DNA of 50,357 bases, the filler included, from Catajapyx aquilonaris (taxonomy: Eukaryota): the NCBI GenBank assembly GCA_000934665.2. It is 2 parts of 2 records of this genome, joined end to end, with 100 filler letters (N's around TTAATTAATTAA, not from the genome) between each part and the next. Parts side by side here need not be neighbours in the genome. Positions count along the whole stretch, not along the records: positions 25,229 to 50,357 come from JYFJ02005419.1; 1 more part is not named here. The stretch is one strand, 5' to 3'. Below, piece after piece: positions 49,204 to 50,357 of the stretch. Each line of letters starts with the position of its first letter. Position 1 is the stretch's first letter. The translations under genes were made by a program, and so were the position numbers. The notes beneath the pieces are model-generated. The model did no database searches, was not told the DNA's origin, and saw only the letters and a list, made by a program, of their open reading frames with translations.

Positions 49204-50228
49204 TGAAACAATGGACTCTTTTGGATCTTGGACCATGCAAATGTTAGTTATCAAAGACGGTCAATACTTTGTCAAAATAATAAATGAAAGCATTAAAATG
49301 TAGAAGCTGCTGAAATTATGTCTCTGAAATTTTACTCTTAATCATCTAGTAATTATTACACTGTGAAAGCAAATAAAAATACATCCGGATCAGTCATATA
49401 AGGGCTATCATCTCCTTTATGTCATTAAAATCATTAAAGGAATAATGTTGCGAATAAATGATTTATTATACATATTCGTTTTATGTATGTACAGTAGTTC
49501 TTACCTTACACTATAAGCCAATGCTTGTAATACGCACATATTTTATTTCTTCTGACATGTTGACCTTTGCTAATTGAAAATATTATGTACAATTGGTGTC
49601 GGTCTAAAAGTGTGTCAAATGTTATAAAAATAGTAACAGGTATAGGAATCTCTAGGTCCCTTTTTGTTATGGAATAATTGACCGAATTAGACTCTTGTTG
49701 GCCGAATAAGTCGTTGCAGATGTACGGCACACACTTTCTTCTTTCACCAACAGAATAATCATGTAATTTGCATTACTGCCGCCGGATGAGGAAGTACTTA
49801 TAAAACTGTTTAGTGATATGAGGATCTGCCTATCATCGTGTTTGTTTAGTAATATTGACACCAGGTATTATTACTGCATGCATTGCATACAGCTATGCAA
49901 ACAAACATTTCATAGCAGACTTAAGTTACATTATGTTTCAAGAATCAGATATATTGCGTCAAGGTATCTGCAATATTAAATAATACGTATAATAAATGAG
50001 GCACGTTGGAAATAAATACAATATTTGCTTTCAATGCCTATACAACCGGGTAATTTGCTGGTATCGCAAGTGGCAAATATTGCTCCGTCCAGTGTTTGAT
50101 GTGGCGAGGTAATTACTGTTCATATTTGCTGGTGCGATATGATACACACAAGCCAGCACGTTCTACTGTGCCCGACGTCACCAATAATGCCTACGTGGCA
50201 CATCATAAGTGCTAGTTAGCCAGAAGCC

Positions 50229-50357
50229 ATGAAGTCTGTTGGACGTGTCCTGGTGTGGATGGTGATGACTGTGAGAATAGTGTTGGGAAATAACATTAGC
50301 CTGGACAAGGATTCGGAGGAGGACGAGTCTGTGTCCCGACTGGTGGGACACGTCCTT
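50229..50357 (+). CDS. 5' end of a further probable divergent IR gene (IR-D), running off the window
   Basis: MKSVGRVLVWMVMTVRIVLGNNISLDKDSEEDESVSRLVGHVL: signal-like start, then EE..VSRLVxxVL matching EEEWWTVSRLVKGVL of IR-A/B. Not in the ORF track. Confidence 0.7.
   Translation, partial: MKSVGRVLVWMVMTVRIVLGNNISLDKDSEEDESVSRLVGHVL

Overview
Eukaryotic genomic DNA, almost certainly arthropod: AT-rich, short GT-AG introns, intronless divergent ionotropic receptors. It is not prokaryotic and has no CRISPR array. An artificial 100-bp scaffold spacer at 25129-25228 joins two contigs. Left contig: one minus-strand exon (3289 to <1, about 1096 codons, absent from the supplied ORF track) encodes a probably secreted protein. 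It is built from at least 37 copies of a 15-aa two-cysteine motif (CSxNPRDPNYDPxCP) in even-numbered blocks separated by Pro/Thr/Arg linkers. About 22 kb of non-coding DNA lies upstream of it. Right contig: an interleaved cluster of two recognition-gene families. It holds five complete spliced C-type lectin genes plus three lectin relics or fragments. It also holds divergent ionotropic receptor (IR) genes: one intact, one with two frameshifts, one 5' stub, and one starting at the window end. The lectins have sharply different sugar/Ca2+ sites (EPN/WND, YPY/WNS, YPY/WSS, NPD/WND, QPD/WND), and the IR paralogs differ mainly in their ligand-binding lobes. Non-autonomous elements (tRNA-SINE with 16-bp TSD, 8-bp-TSD MITE, fold-back element, Helitron-like pieces, LTR remnants) record the duplication history. 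All calls were read by eye; no database searches were run.
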